A DNA stretch of 64,000 bases, taken from Squalus acanthias (lineage: Eukaryota). This document shows, one piece after another, positions 50,439 through 62,803 of the stretch. Position numbers and translations under genes: made by a program. Positions within the stretch are counted from its first letter, which is position 1, and every line of letters starts with the position of its first letter. Below the pieces are notes generated by a model, which did not search any database, was not told where the DNA came from, and saw only the letters and a list, made by a program, of their open reading frames with translations. The stretch spans positions 118,546,001 to 118,610,000 of the forward strand of contig CM059431.1 of assembly GCA_030390025.1 (NCBI GenBank). Direction: 5' to 3'.

Positions 50439-53400
50439 CTTGGCCACTCTCGTCAGCTCATTTTGATTTAAAAAAATCATCTACATGTATCACAAGATGT
50501 TGACTCCAGCGGACAAGAAAAATGCGCCACACCTCTATGGAATTTGATGGCCTGTACAGCCAGAAATATTAGGCACATTTGACTTTAGAACGTTCTCCAT
50601 AGCAACCGATTCCACTCTGTCAAGCCAAACAAGAAAGTGTAAATTCAGCTGCACAGAGAAGCTTGTGCTCTCTCTCTCTTTGCTCACTACTGAAAGCCAG
50701 AAAGGAGATAACAAGGTACACCAGAGGCAAATAATAGTGTGAGGGAAACATGGACTTGCCAGATTACCAAAGTGCCTTAATGCCCACTGTGTGACTGTTA
50801 GACCTGATTTTGACCAGAAGCCAAAGCATTGGCCGGTTTCTTCTTGTCAGAGCCTAAAGATTAGTGAATTACTCATCTAGAACGAAGATCAGTTTGATGC
50901 CTAAAACTTATCTTTCACTATACTGTAACCACTTGGACAGTTCTGACATTTGCCTCGTGAACCTTCTGATGGTAGCGGTATGTGTACCTCTTTTAACTCT
51001 TCAGGAGTCTCATTATTGGCTAATCAAATGCTCTACCTGCTTTACTGCTTCTGGCACTCTTTATAACTACAGGCAAAACATAGCCAAGGCAATGCCAGAG
51101 AGAAGCGTTCAACAGAAATACTAGGATCGACTGCTTGCTTTGTGCTGTGCTGTGACTAATCCGCTTCATGCCTAATGTAAATTTAACTGCATTTGCGAAG
51201 CATATGCCTAGGAGCATATAGTGATGTGCGTGGTAGAAGTATGATGAACTCTTCAGAGGGGGATTGATTCGTAGTGTGTAAATAAATAAATTGCTGTGTT
51301 TGTGCCGATTCTTTTATCTCTATATTTTGTTTGATCTAACCCAGTTCTACACTGTGGCTAAACCTGCCAGAGGGCTTTTTCAACCCTAACTTTGTTTGTA
51401 ATTATCTAGTGTCTTAAACTTTAAATAACAAGATATGCTCATGTTAGCATGTTGTAATATTTGCATGCCACCCTGCCATTGATACTAACATCACAAGAGC
51501 AAATAAAATGTTCCACTTCAAGAGAACTTACAGATGTGAATCACATGGAAAAATGACATTTGAGACTGGAGCACTAAAAGTGCCTTCCTTGCCCCTGCAG
51601 CAGGGATGGGGTGGGTGGCGGGGGTGGGGAGGCGGGGTTGCGGTATCTAGAGTTCCTGCTCCTATTGCTACCCCTGGAAATCACATGTAGACATTCATTG
51701 AGGACAGAATCATGCTGTGCTGGCAGCCATTGCCTCGACTCACATATGAAGAATATCCACTTGGGCAAGGAACCAGAGGGTGACCACTATTCAATGATCT
51801 ATATCCCATCAAGCTTCAGGACCGTCAGTAGGAGATGGAAGAAAAGAGGAGGGATCAAGAAGTAAATGGCAATTGGGTCTGGGAGCAAATATTTTATGCT
51901 GATCCCCCACTGCAGATGTAAACCACTGAAGGGGTAATGTCCTCTAAGTGCTGGGCCCGTTGGAGGGAGAAGAGCTCACTATAAGGCCATCTCCCTCCAT
52001 TTGGGGAGCTTGGGGCCTTTGCTGCTACTTCCTGAGACCGAGCAACATCTTCCACATAGCATTCCTAAGTAGTGGCAGTGAGTGGGCTGAACAGGAGTGA
52101 AGACCGCTGGGGTCCTGGCCCAGCCATCCCCCCCTTCCACCTATCCCCCCTCCCCGCCCAATACCATTTGAATGCAATGGGCAGAGGGGTGGTCAGTGGC
52201 CATCCTGGTGGCGGCAGAGGGTCGGAAATATTGGCCAGGGTGATGAGGCTGTAGTAGGCCTCTCCACCCAAATTTTCTCTCACTCTCCACCGTGATCCTG
52301 TTCAATTTTGTGTCATATTTGCAAATATTAACCGCAAGTTGGACAGGATTGCCACATTGAGTCTTTAGAGTGACTGGATGTTTGTGCAAATATTGAATCT
52401 CAAACTGCAGTTATAAGGCTGAGAGTGATAGCTCAGGTCTGCACATTTCAGCTGGCAAGACCAAAATTTTATGCAGAGCTCTGCACACTGGTGGCTATTT
52501 TTTTTAACATTTGGAGACGCTCAGAAGCTTAACATTTAAAAGACCGTATACTAATGTAATACATGGCACAACATTTATACAGACCCAGCAGATCCTGCTA
52601 AGCACTTTGAAAACCTGGTTTCATACCAGACTGGACCTATAGTGCACTTGGTGTGTGAGGCGGCCTCCCGGATGGGATCTCACACCACTTGACAGTCAAA
52701 ACTCAGACCTGTCTCCTGAGTGATACTGGCACGTTTCCATCTATGCGTATCCAAAGCAATTTTGCATCAACATGGAAGTGACAGTATAACTGAAACATGA
52801 AATGATTCTGAGGTGAAGTGAAGACTTATTTTACGTTGGATCCATAGCTGATCATTTTAAACAAAGGTTTTGTATAAATGAGGCTCCTCGTTGGGTAGTT
52901 TTGTCTTGGCCAAGCTGAATAGTTCTATTTAATTAGACTGACAGGGAACTCATTTCTCTATAGGCCTCGCTTACTTGTTACAGATTCTTCTGTAGCATGC
53001 CAAGCTTGTTCCTGCTGATATAAAGGGCTCTATTTCCCAGTGATCTGTTGACCCCCAGCCTTTACTGTCTGGTGGTAATTGGATAGGAAGCACAAATAAT
53101 AGTATCTGTGAGTTTTATACATGTCAGTTACCCAAGAGTTTTGAGTCTGCTTACTCTCATTTATTTATTTTCATACAATTACTGTTTTCTCAGATCTTCT
53201 GTCTGACTGCGATGAATCAGTTTCCCAGGTAATTTTAATGGGATCTGAAGTGTTAAAAGTTTGATTTTCCTCACTTGGCGGGGGAGGTATTGTTCAAAAT
53301 GTTGAACTTTAGGCCAACAGTATTGTTTGGAAGGGTAATTTTAACATTTGAATTGATTTTGTACTGGCTCATTTGAATTGCTACCATAAAACTATCATTG

Positions 53401-54910
53401 CAAGCAACTTGAGCATTTTACTGGAATCGCTCAGCTGAGTCCAACACGCCAAGTAGTTGTTTAAAGGCAGAGAGATTTTTAAAGGGCCATGGTGATTAAG
53501 GCAAAAGGTCTTGCAAAACATTTTACCTTGTTTGTCGGAGGGTTTCTGTGTACAGCGATGTAGTGATGTCACTGTGACTCTGATGATGTCTAAGTCCGAT
53601 TTTCATCTCCGTTTCTAAAACATCTTGAAGCTTTGAATTTGCTCAGTGGGACAGCAGCATACCAATAATTAACAGGCATCCTCTGTTTTAAATCAGGTGC
53701 TAACCTATTTCAAATACAGTAATGGGTTAATGCGTATGTTAAGATAGTAGAGGAAGGAATTTTATACAAGTGTTTCTATGCTACCATCTCTCCGTGTAAT
53801 TTCAAAGCCTAAGATCAAATTTGAAACATAGAGATGCAGAAGCTAATTTTCTAAACAAGCTGTTCTTGGCTATGATTAGCCAGCACCAAATGAATTGATA
53901 ATTCACCATTAACTAGCTGTACAAAGATAAGTCACTCCCAGGTGCTAAATGTAAAAATAATGGTTAGAATCTGAATAACAGAATATAAACCTTTAGCTAC
54001 AGGTGAGCCATTACTCAGTTGCTATGGCAACTAAATTGTATAATCATGAATTCTCAATTTTTTTACAGCTATTACCCAAATCGACCGTGGGTGTTCAGAA
54101 TAAAAAAAATGCACTTTATACCCCTTTCCAACAATTTAATATCTACATACATGCCAACTGTCAATATTTGCTGTCAAAAACTCCGTGTGCACTAGGCCCC
54201 TCTCCCCCTTCAGTCCTACTCTCCTCTCTGTATTCGATGGCTAATGCACTTGAACAGGTCCCTGAATCTTTCAATGCTACGCCCAATGCTAGTGGCAGGG
54301 AATGCAGCTTCTGTATACTGTTGGCAGGAACTTGCATAAGAACAGCGACGCCCACATCCCATAGACGAATAAAAAAAAACAGGGGAGGGGAAAGCATGGA
54401 TGTCAGCGAAAGGAGAAATGGATGGTAACGAAAGGCGAGGGGGAGAATCGATGGCAGTGTAAGAGGGGCGGAGACTGGAGCGCAGTGAAAGCAGGGGCGG
54501 GGTGGATAGAGGTGAAAGGAATTAATGGTAATGAAAGAAGGGGGAATGAAGGCAGCGAAAGAAAGAGGAATGGTATGCAGTGAAAGGTAGGAAGTTGATG
54601 GTAATGAAATGGGGAATGTATGGCTGCGCAAGAGAGGTCACCGATAGCAATGAAAGAAGGAGGAATGGATGGCAATAAAGTGGGGGAATAAATGGCAAGG
54701 AGGAAATGTTTGCCGACATAAAGGGGGCAAGGATAGCAATAAAGTTGGAAGTAAATAATTATTTTGTAATTAATAATTTCATACATATTATCCCAGCATA
54801 AGGTATCTGTTGAGAATTTACTCTTGGGAGAAAGGATATTAGGTTTGGTTGACAGGCTTTCTGGCCAATCCCCGTACAGGGAAGGATTGGAGGCCCCATC
54901 CTTCCACTTC
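50439..54910 (-). CDS. Candidate host-gene exons (54822-54910, 53527-53614, 50439-50551), product unknown
   Basis: AG/GT-bounded segments in non-repeat DNA that splice in frame. No family recognised. Confidence 0.3.
54018..54031. promoter_or_regulatory. RFX X-box motif GTTGCTATGGCAAC
   Basis: Near-palindromic match to the RFX X-box consensus. Confidence 0.5.
54375..54745. repeat. Degenerate purine-rich tandem repeat (GAAAG..GGGGAATGGATGGCA-like)
   Basis: Recurring roughly 25-bp motifs. Confidence 0.6.
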
Positions 54911-55595
54911 CTGTCAATGCTCACGAAGAATAGAGAAAAAGATAAACATGGACCGTTGGTCAGGATTTAAACCAGAGACTACAAGGTACTGGCCTGGATT
55001 TGGAGCTGGAAGCTAAAATGCAGGAGACCATTGTTTTCAGTTAGAAGGTGTCTAGAAAGGAATAAGTAAAGCAGCCCACAAAAGAGAGAGGGCAAGCGTC
55101 TTGTTTTCATTTTTTCTTGTTGCCTGATGAGACAAGTTAGATTGAGTGAAAGAAGTGCGATTTGTTTTAACTGTTATTCTTGCTATCTATAAAATAAAGC
55201 TCATCACTGTAATGCAGCAAATATATCAAAACAAATAATTTGCATGCAGTATAAATATTACATGTCTTACTGATATTGAAATATACAGGTCTCTGTATAA
55301 AATATGTGATATTATCAACCTAATATTTTATAACATTTGCTTAAAATGCAAGTAACTCATTTGTTCTTCCCTTCCCCAAACTTCTTATTCTTAATTATTT
55401 ACTTTGTACCATGGTAATACACTAGAAAATAAATAATAACAAAATGAAAAGAAAGGATTAAATACCCAGATTAAATGGATGGAAAAATTGGCAAACTGAA
55501 CTGTGGATCAGCAAGAGGAAGTATTGTTTTGGGCACCCCATTATAGGGAGGTTATAAAAACAATGGAAAAGGTGCTGTGTAGATTCACTAAGATG

Positions 55596-56732
55596 CCACA
55601 TCTGCTCTGAGGATGCCACCTTCCATATTAGTGCTTCCGGTATGTCTTCCTTTTCCCTCAACCGAGGATTCCCCTCTACCGTGGTTGACATGGCCCTCGA
55701 CCGTGTCCGTTCCATTTCCCGCACTTCTGCTCTCAACCCTTCCCCTCCCTCCCGGAATCACGATAGGGTTCCCCCTGTCCTCACCTTTCACCCCACCAGC
55801 CTCCACATTCAACGGATCATCCTGCGCCATTTCCGCCACCTCCATCGTGATCCCACCACCAAACACAACTTCCCCTCCCCCCGCCCTTTCAGCATTCCGA
55901 AGGGACTGCTCCCTCCATGACACCCTGGTCCACTCCTCTATCACCCACAACACCCCTTCCCCTTCGCACGGCACCTTCCCGTGCAAGTGCAGGAGATGCA
56001 ACACATGCCCTTTTACCTCCTCCCTTCCCACTGTCCAGGGCCCCAAACACTCCTTCCAGGTGAAACAGTGATTTACTTGTACTTCTTACAATTTATTCAC
56101 TGCTCACGATGTGGTCTCCTCTACATTGGGGAGACCAAACGCAGATTGGGAAACCGCTTTGCGGAACACCTCTGTTCAGTCCGCAAGCGTGACCCCGAGC
56201 TTCCGGTCGCCTGTCACTTTAATTCTCCCCTCCACTCCCACTCTGATCTCTCTGTCCTCGGCCTATTACATTGTTCCAATAAAGCTCAACGTAAGCTCGA
56301 GGAACAGCACCTCATCTTTCAATTAGGCACTTTACAGCCTTCTGGACTTCAACAATTTCAGACTATAAATTGGCCCCTGTATTTCTTTATATATATTTTT
56401 TTCTCTTGTTTCCTCACATGGTAGCTGTTAATGTTGCTGCCATCATCATTCACACATCATCTAGAGCCATCTTTTGTCTCTTAACTTGTCCCATTACCTC
56501 TCCTTTAGACTTGCACTATCAACCCTTTTGTCAGTCAACCTCTCCTGCCTTCCATCCTATCACAAACCTTCCCTTAGTTCTTTCCTCCCCTCCTCCCTGC
56601 CCCTACTTAAAAATCTCTCTTCCCTAACCTTTTCCAGTTCTGACGAAGGGTTCGACCCGAAATGTTGACTCTGTTTCTCTCTCCTCGATGCTGCCTGACC
56701 TGCTGAGTGTTTCCAGCACTTTCTGTTGTTAT
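55596..56732 (+). mobile_element. 5'-truncated Penelope-like element (GIY-YIG) inserted in a CR1 fragment
   Basis: CSRCGLLYIGETKRRLGNRFAEH..EEQHLIFQLGTLQPSGL motif; 12-bp TSD TTCACTAAGATG. Confidence 0.9.
56635..56672 (+). ncRNA. Minimal hammerhead ribozyme-like motif of Penelope 3' repeat (degenerate)
   Basis: AGTT-CTGACGA-AGGG-TTCGA-CCC-GAAA-TGTT-GACT: catalytic core boxes, stem II and stem I present. Confidence 0.6.
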
Positions 56733-56878
56733 TTCACTAAGATGTTACCAGGGATAAAACGACCACAGTTGTGAAGCATAATTTGAGAAGTTAGGGCTTT
56801 TTGCATTATAGACGAGAAGGTAAAGGGATGATTTGATGGAGGTCTTTAAGATTATGTAGGGTTATGATCAGGTAAATG

Positions 56879-57338
56879 AAGACTTGCATTTATATAGTGC
56901 CTTTCACAACCACCGGAAGTCCCAAAGTGCTGTACAGCCAATGAAGTACTTTTGAAGTGTAGTCACTGTTGTAATGTAGGAAACGCAGCAGCCAATTTGC
57001 ACACAGCAAGCTCCCACAAACAGCAATGTGATAATGACCAGATAATCTGTTTTTGTGATGTTGCTTGAGGGATAAATATTGGCCAGGACACCGGGGAGAA
57101 CTCCTCTGCTCTTCTTCAAAATAGTGCCAAAGGATCTTTTACGTCCACCTGAGAGAGCAGACGGGGCCTCGGTTTAACGTCTCATCTGAAAGACGGCACC
57201 TCTGACAGTGCAGCTTTGCCTCAGTGCTGCAATGTGTCAGCCTAGATTTTTGTGCTCAAGTTTCTGGAGTGGGACTATGAGCCCATAACCTTCTGACTCA
57301 GATGCGAGAGTGCTACCAACTGAACCATGGCTGACACA
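56879..57338 (-). mobile_element. tRNA-derived SINE with L2-type 3' tail (DeuSINE/SacSINE-like)
   Basis: Minus-strand head with A box TGGTTCAGTTGG and degenerate B box. Tail matches the L2 3' ends in this window. Confidence 0.8.
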
Positions 57339-57764
57339 AGTCAAATAGTGATAGAATGTTCCTATTGGCTGGTGTCGCACTAACAAGAGGCCATTGCCTC
57401 AAAATTCTGCAGGTTTCTCCAGTGGAAGACCAGCAGAAGTCCCAGAGATAGGATGTAAATGGCTAAAAATGACTGTTGACGTCTTTTCTCTGGGGTTTCC
57501 ATTGATATTCTGCAAAAAGTTACAACAGAAGACAGCGAGAATCCTGCAAAATTACCAGGTACGTCACATAATCACAAAAAAAATTAAAGGAAAGGTTAGA
57601 AATCAATTCTTGACACAGAATTGTTTCTTGTGCACCAACATTTTATTGTATTGTTACATACACACTTCAAATAATAGCAAACTATAACATCCTGGAAGAC
57701 ATTTCCATTTCCACACAGGCAATATGTCACTATATTACACAAATGTTCTTACTACTGACTCATT

Positions 57765-58452
57765 GGGGGGAATTTTAACATAGGTGAGCAGGTGGGAGTG
57801 GGTGCGGATGGGGGGTTAAATAGGGAAAATTTGGAAGAGTGTCGGGAAGCCGTCTCCAACCCGCCGACTTCTGGGATTTACCGGAGATGGGATAAGGGGC
57901 GGGCAGCTAACCCACTCCCAGGGTACTTTAAATATGATAATGAGGCTGGAAGCCTCGGATTTAACCTGCTTTGCTGGGTCTCGAGAATCCCGGCAGCTGC
58001 AGCAAGATGAGAACAGCCTTGGGGAGCACTCCTTGTGGGCCAGGAGGAGCATGAGTGCTTCCTCCCCACCCCCCAAGTTCCCTTTTCATCAGCCCCACCA
58101 CCCAATACAAAAACCCTGTGGGATCCCCTCCCCCCGCCCCCGGCGGGGTCATGGATTGAATCCCCGCTGGGGTTGGGGATCGAACCCCCCTTGGGATTGG
58201 ACCCTCCCACCCCCCCCAGGGTCGGGGATTAGATCTACCTGGTCCTGCGGCCTCCTCTAGAGTGCTCCCAGCCTGACTGGAAGCCAAGTCTGTCAATCAG
58301 GCTGACTTCCAGGCGGGGAACCTGTCAATGATGTCAGACGTCTGCTGTGGAGTTAAATCTCCAAAGTGTGCGGGGAAACCCAGAATTCTCAGTTTCCCGC
58401 GCCCTACCGGACACCCCCGCTCCCAGCGGGTCTGCGGATAAAAATTCCAGCC
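57765..58452. mobile_element. Non-autonomous Harbinger-type element (family C)
   Basis: GGGGGGAATTTT / AAAATTCCAGCC ends with ATT TSD. Confidence 0.78.
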
Positions 58453-59197
58453 ATTGTGTACATCGGATACCCACGTCAACTGATAGTCCAATAAAAGGTA
58501 AACAATCCCCCCACTATCGTTTGAGTCTACCAACATTCAGCACTCCTGGTAAATCTGGCTTACCCTTTAACACACAGGCTTTCTGTGGAGAAAGACTTTA
58601 AAGTGTTCCTTATCTTTTTCATTCTTTAAGCAATGAAATTGCTCTCGCGCAAACACGTCCATGGAGATCTTCTCGGGAATTCTTGGTGCTATGCTAAGAA
58701 TTGGCAGATTCTAGGTTAAAAAAGAAAGTAGTTTGAGGTAGAGTCCTGACAGATCCCAATATTTGAATAGGGGAAATTGTTTAGAAAAATTCAGGCATAT
58801 CTTAAAATGGGTTATGTGTACAGTTAAATAATAAGATGTTACAAATCATAAATAAAAGATATACAATAGGGAACTGCAAGCTGCAGACACACAGAGAAAA
58901 GCAGAGCACTGAGTTTATGCAGTGAGTGGCAAGACCTCATCACTTATGAGTGACAAGGCAGTATGTGGAAGAACCAGGATTTTTAACTAATATCCATTGG
59001 GTATATTTTGTGAATACAAGGAGAGATGCCATTTTTATATTTCATATTATGTAATATGCATTTCATCACCTCCTAGATTTAATTTATCACCAGCTTGGAA
59101 ACCCCTTGAATTGGGACTGAGCATTTACTGAATGAGAAGCAAATACTACCACTTTGACCAATAAGTCAGACCGCTGCTATGAATATCCAGACACTTT

Positions 59198-60063
59198 GGG
59201 CGCAATCTTACTTTTCGCTGAGAGTTGGGAGCGGGCCAGCTGACTTGCGGGTTCCGATCCCGCCCCCAATGACGCCCAACGCACAGACGTAATTTTACGT
59301 CAACTGGCCTTGTTAAGCCCGCCCTGCGGGCTTGCCGGCCAATTAAGAGGAAGCCGGTGTCAGATGACATCAGTTGATGACGCGTCATCTGCCAGTTTTC
59401 TTAAAGGGGACATGCTCATTTTTGTTTGACAGATGATTTTTCAGTGTTTGACAGCATTGAGGTGCTGCAAACACTGCCAATCACTGTACAAAGGTGAGCC
59501 CTTGTACCCAGGCTCTCCAGAGACCCTCTCCTTAGGATAAAACAGATGGCAGCTACAGGTAAGGTTACAGAAGCGATCTGTCACTGGTGAGAGAGGTTCT
59601 CCCAATGAGGTGGGACTACACAAACTCTTCAAACCTTATTACCTACAGAAAAGTCTAAATACATGAAAAATGATTTCCCCAACATTTTCTTACCTCTGAA
59701 ACTCACCAGTGTACCATTGTATCCTTCACAACACTTCTGCAGCTGTCATCAATGAAGAAACATTACAGTAGACCCACAGCACGCCACACTTACCCTGGCG
59801 TGGTGTCCGGATGTCGGGAAGCCCGCAGTCGACCTGGCAAAATTGAAAAAAGCCTCTTAACTGCCTGTTAAAAGCAGTTAAGTGCCTATAATCCTCTTCC
59901 CACTGCTAGGAGTCGGGTCCCTGCGCAAATCGGGGACCCGACACTTGGGAAGATTGTATGGAGGTGGGTTGACAGCGGGTTCGGGATCCGCTGTCAATCT
60001 TTGCGATTTTGCCAGCAGTCCCGCCTCCAAACCCGCCCCCTGAGCACCGGCAAAATTCCCCCC
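59198..60063. mobile_element. Non-autonomous derivative of the Harbinger at 1-1524
   Basis: Last ~85 bp align to 1438-1524; TTT flanks on both sides. Confidence 0.78.
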
Positions 60064-60151
60064 TTTATATAAACATAAAAACATTTAAATACATTTTGAA
60101 ATGAAACTGACTTATAGCAATAGGCGAGAAGAATGTAATTCCAAACTTTAT

Positions 60152-60547
60152 GGGACTGAATTTGCGATCGGAGGCTTCCCGCAGGTGGATGTCTCCGGTC
60201 ATCAAATTTTCTACACATTTACCTGGTGGTCCGGGGAGATACGGAGACTTGCGCTCCTGGGCCTCTCCTGGTAGAAATGCTTGAAGGCCCACGTATCCCA
60301 GGGGCACATGCAGTTTGCAAGCGCCCCTGGGATCACGTGGGCCAGGCAAACAATGAAAGAATGGAATCCCCATTCATACTTTTGACAGTTCGTACATACG
60401 GAACTGTCAAAAGTATGAATGGGAATGACTTTAAAAAATGCACGAACACATGACATTTTTTTTTAAATTACATATATAAAATTAATTAAAATGGCATTTA
60501 ATTAAATATTTTAAACAAAAATTTAATTTTTTGAAAAAAAAATGTGA
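60152..60547. mobile_element. Family A element, left part (interrupted at 60548)
   Basis: GGGACTGAATTT start, GGGATCACGTGGGCC, internal hairpin and AT tract. Confidence 0.7.
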
Positions 60548-61286
60548 GGGGGAGAAATTCAGTATCGCCCCACTTGGGGCACAATTATCGGCTGGGCGCA
60601 AAGATTAGCGCCTGGCGCTAATTATCGCCTCCGACTGCAAACTTGACTTTTATCACCCCTGGAGGTGATTGGAGCACTAAATCAGGTGCTGCACACCTGT
60701 CTTAAGGTGCAAAGGCCGAGGAGCGAGGCGTTAACTCAGAGCGCGGGCGCAGCGCAGGTGCTGTCAGTTAGCGATGGAACACAGACACACTGGCGCCAGA
60801 TAGTTCTTAAAGGGGAGGGTCGATCTTGCACTCCAGCCACACCCTGCTCATTGGAGCCTTGAATCTCGGCCTGGAGAGACCTGTGCCTAAATCTTCCAAC
60901 CAAGGACTATGGAGAAGGTGAGAGAACGAGCTCCGCGCTTCAGCGAGCGGGCCTTGGATGCTCTGGTTGGCGCGGTGGAGCGCAGAAGATCTATACTCTT
61001 CCCTGAGAGTGGCAGGAGGCCTTTGCCGCGCGAGTACAGAAGAGTGTGGAGGGAGGTGGCTCAGAGCGTGTCCTGCAGGAGCATGGTGCCCAGGACCCAT
61101 ATACAATGTCGAAAAAAGTTCAATGACCTCACTCGGGTCGTCAGGGTGAGTGGCTTTTTTTCAATACCTCTCCATCCCTCCATCTCAACCTCACTCTATG
61201 GCCAGAGGGTCTTAAAACCCCAATGCCCAACACTCATCCAACACCTATGGCCCTCTCATGAAACACACACGCACATTCCACACTTT

Positions 61287-61449
61287 GCATAGAGTAAGGG
61301 CTATTCACCTATGGGAGGCACATCAGGCAAGACCATGGCTGCATACAGTAAGGGCTATTCACCTATGGGAGGCACATCAGGCAAGACCATGGCTGCACAC
61401 AGTAAGGGCTATTCACCTATGGGAGGCACATCAGGCAAGACCATGGCTG
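61287..61449. repeat. 54-bp tandem repeat, ~3 copies, in Myb intron 1
   Basis: AGTAAGGGCTATTCACC.. starts at 61293, 61347 and 61401. Confidence 0.92.
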
Positions 61450-62495
61450 TATTATTACTCAGATGCTGTCCTTTTTCTTGCAGGCCAAGCTATCTCATAA
61501 TAGGAGACAGCAGCAACGGACGGGTGGAGGGCGGCCTCAGCTGCAACCCCTCAGCGATCTTGAGGCGCGCGTCCACAGGATTGTGGCAAGCTGGGTGATC
61601 GGTCCCGTCGCCACTGGAGACGCTGACCCCATTCTGGACAGCAATGGTAAGGTCATCACCTTTTTGTCCTCTCTCCTTCCACTTGTCCCTCACAACACCA
61701 GCCTTTGACACTTTCAATCCAACTTACTAAATCGCTGCACTCATTCCTCCCTTACTGCCCCTCTGTCCTCACGCTAAAGCCACTCTTGCACCTCCCTGCT
61801 TTCAGATGGTGATTCACCAACTGAGGAGACAGGCCCTCAAGCTGCCAGTGGGACTGAAGCTGCAGGTGAGGAGGAAGATGAAGGCGGAGCATCAGCGCCA
61901 CCCTCTCCCGAGGAAGCCCATGCCCACACTAGGAACACGTTTTCCCTGGAGGGGAGCAGGGGGGAAGGGTCTGATGAGGGTGAAGCTCCAGGACCCAGCG
62001 GGCTGCAGCAACGCAATGGGGGTAGGGAAGCTCGGGGGCCTTCTCCCCGGAGGGCGAGTATGCCAGCGAGTCCTGCTGCACTGGACGCAGAGGAGGATCG
62101 GCTGATCGCTGAAATGAACACCCAGGTGGTGGACATGCACACTGAGCTCATGGGTGCAGTGGGAAGGGTGCCCGAATGCATTGAATCACTGGCAAGGAGT
62201 GTGGAGCACTTCGCTGTAGCACAGGCGGATGCCACGCAAATGTTTAGTGCTGCAATTCAGTCACTGACTGCCGTGACCCCATCTCTGACAGCTCTCATGC
62301 AGACTCAGATTGAGGCCACGCGAGCACTGACTGCTGCCATCCTCGCTGGTTCGGACACATTTCCCCGGTGCTGTCACCGCACCGCAGCAGGTCAGCAATC
62401 TGTGCTCCAGCAGATTGCTCCAGATGCTGAAGTGCTGCCCCGTGGGAGTGCCAGTGTGTCGGTCGAGCAGGGAGTTGCTGTCCTCTCTCAAGATG

Positions 62496-62700
62496 CGGAG
62501 ATGCCGGTGTTGGACTGGGGTGGACAAAAGTGAGAAGTCGCACAACACCAGGTTATAGTCCAACAGCTTTATTTGAAATCACAAGCTTTCGGAGCGCTGC
62601 TCCTTCGGCAGGTGACCTGACGAAGGAGCAGCGCTCCATAAGCTTGTGATTTCGAATAAAGCTGTTGGACTATAACCTGGTGTTGTGCGACTTCTCACTT
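62496..62700. mobile_element. 205 bp palindromic insertion with two inverted hammerhead-like motifs (probably Penelope-derived)
   Basis: 86-bp inverted arms 62528-62613 / 62615-62700; 13-bp TSD CTCTCTCAAGATG. Confidence 0.8.
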
Positions 62701-62803
62701 CTCTCTCAAGATGACAGCATTCCTGCTGCCACCACTGTCACTTCTCCACTGCACTTGCCACCGCCTGTAGCCCAGACTGCTGCCGCCCATCCAGAGTTGG
62801 TGC

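Larger units (their letters stand above)
60548..62803 (+). mobile_element. Coding Harbinger (family B), Myb side; continues beyond the LTR insertion/window
   Basis: First ~350 bp closely match 41811 onward, followed by a Myb gene. Confidence 0.88.
60909..62803 (+). pseudogene. Harbinger Myb/SANT gene, exons 60909-61145, 61484-61646, 61806->62803, disrupted by two insertions
   Basis: RERAPRFSERALDALV..WREVA..QCRKKFNDL; RTGGG. GT-AG introns in frame. Frame stays open if 62496-62713 is removed. Confidence 0.85.

Noticed and set aside
51240..51250. C/D snoRNA box C (ATGATGA)
   Set aside because: No matching D box or terminal stem seen.
57260..57338. tRNA gene
   Set aside because: SINE head with degenerate B box, continuous with the SINE body.
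59690..59750. Strong minus-strand splice donors as a host exon
   Set aside because: Lies within the transposon derivative 59198-60063.
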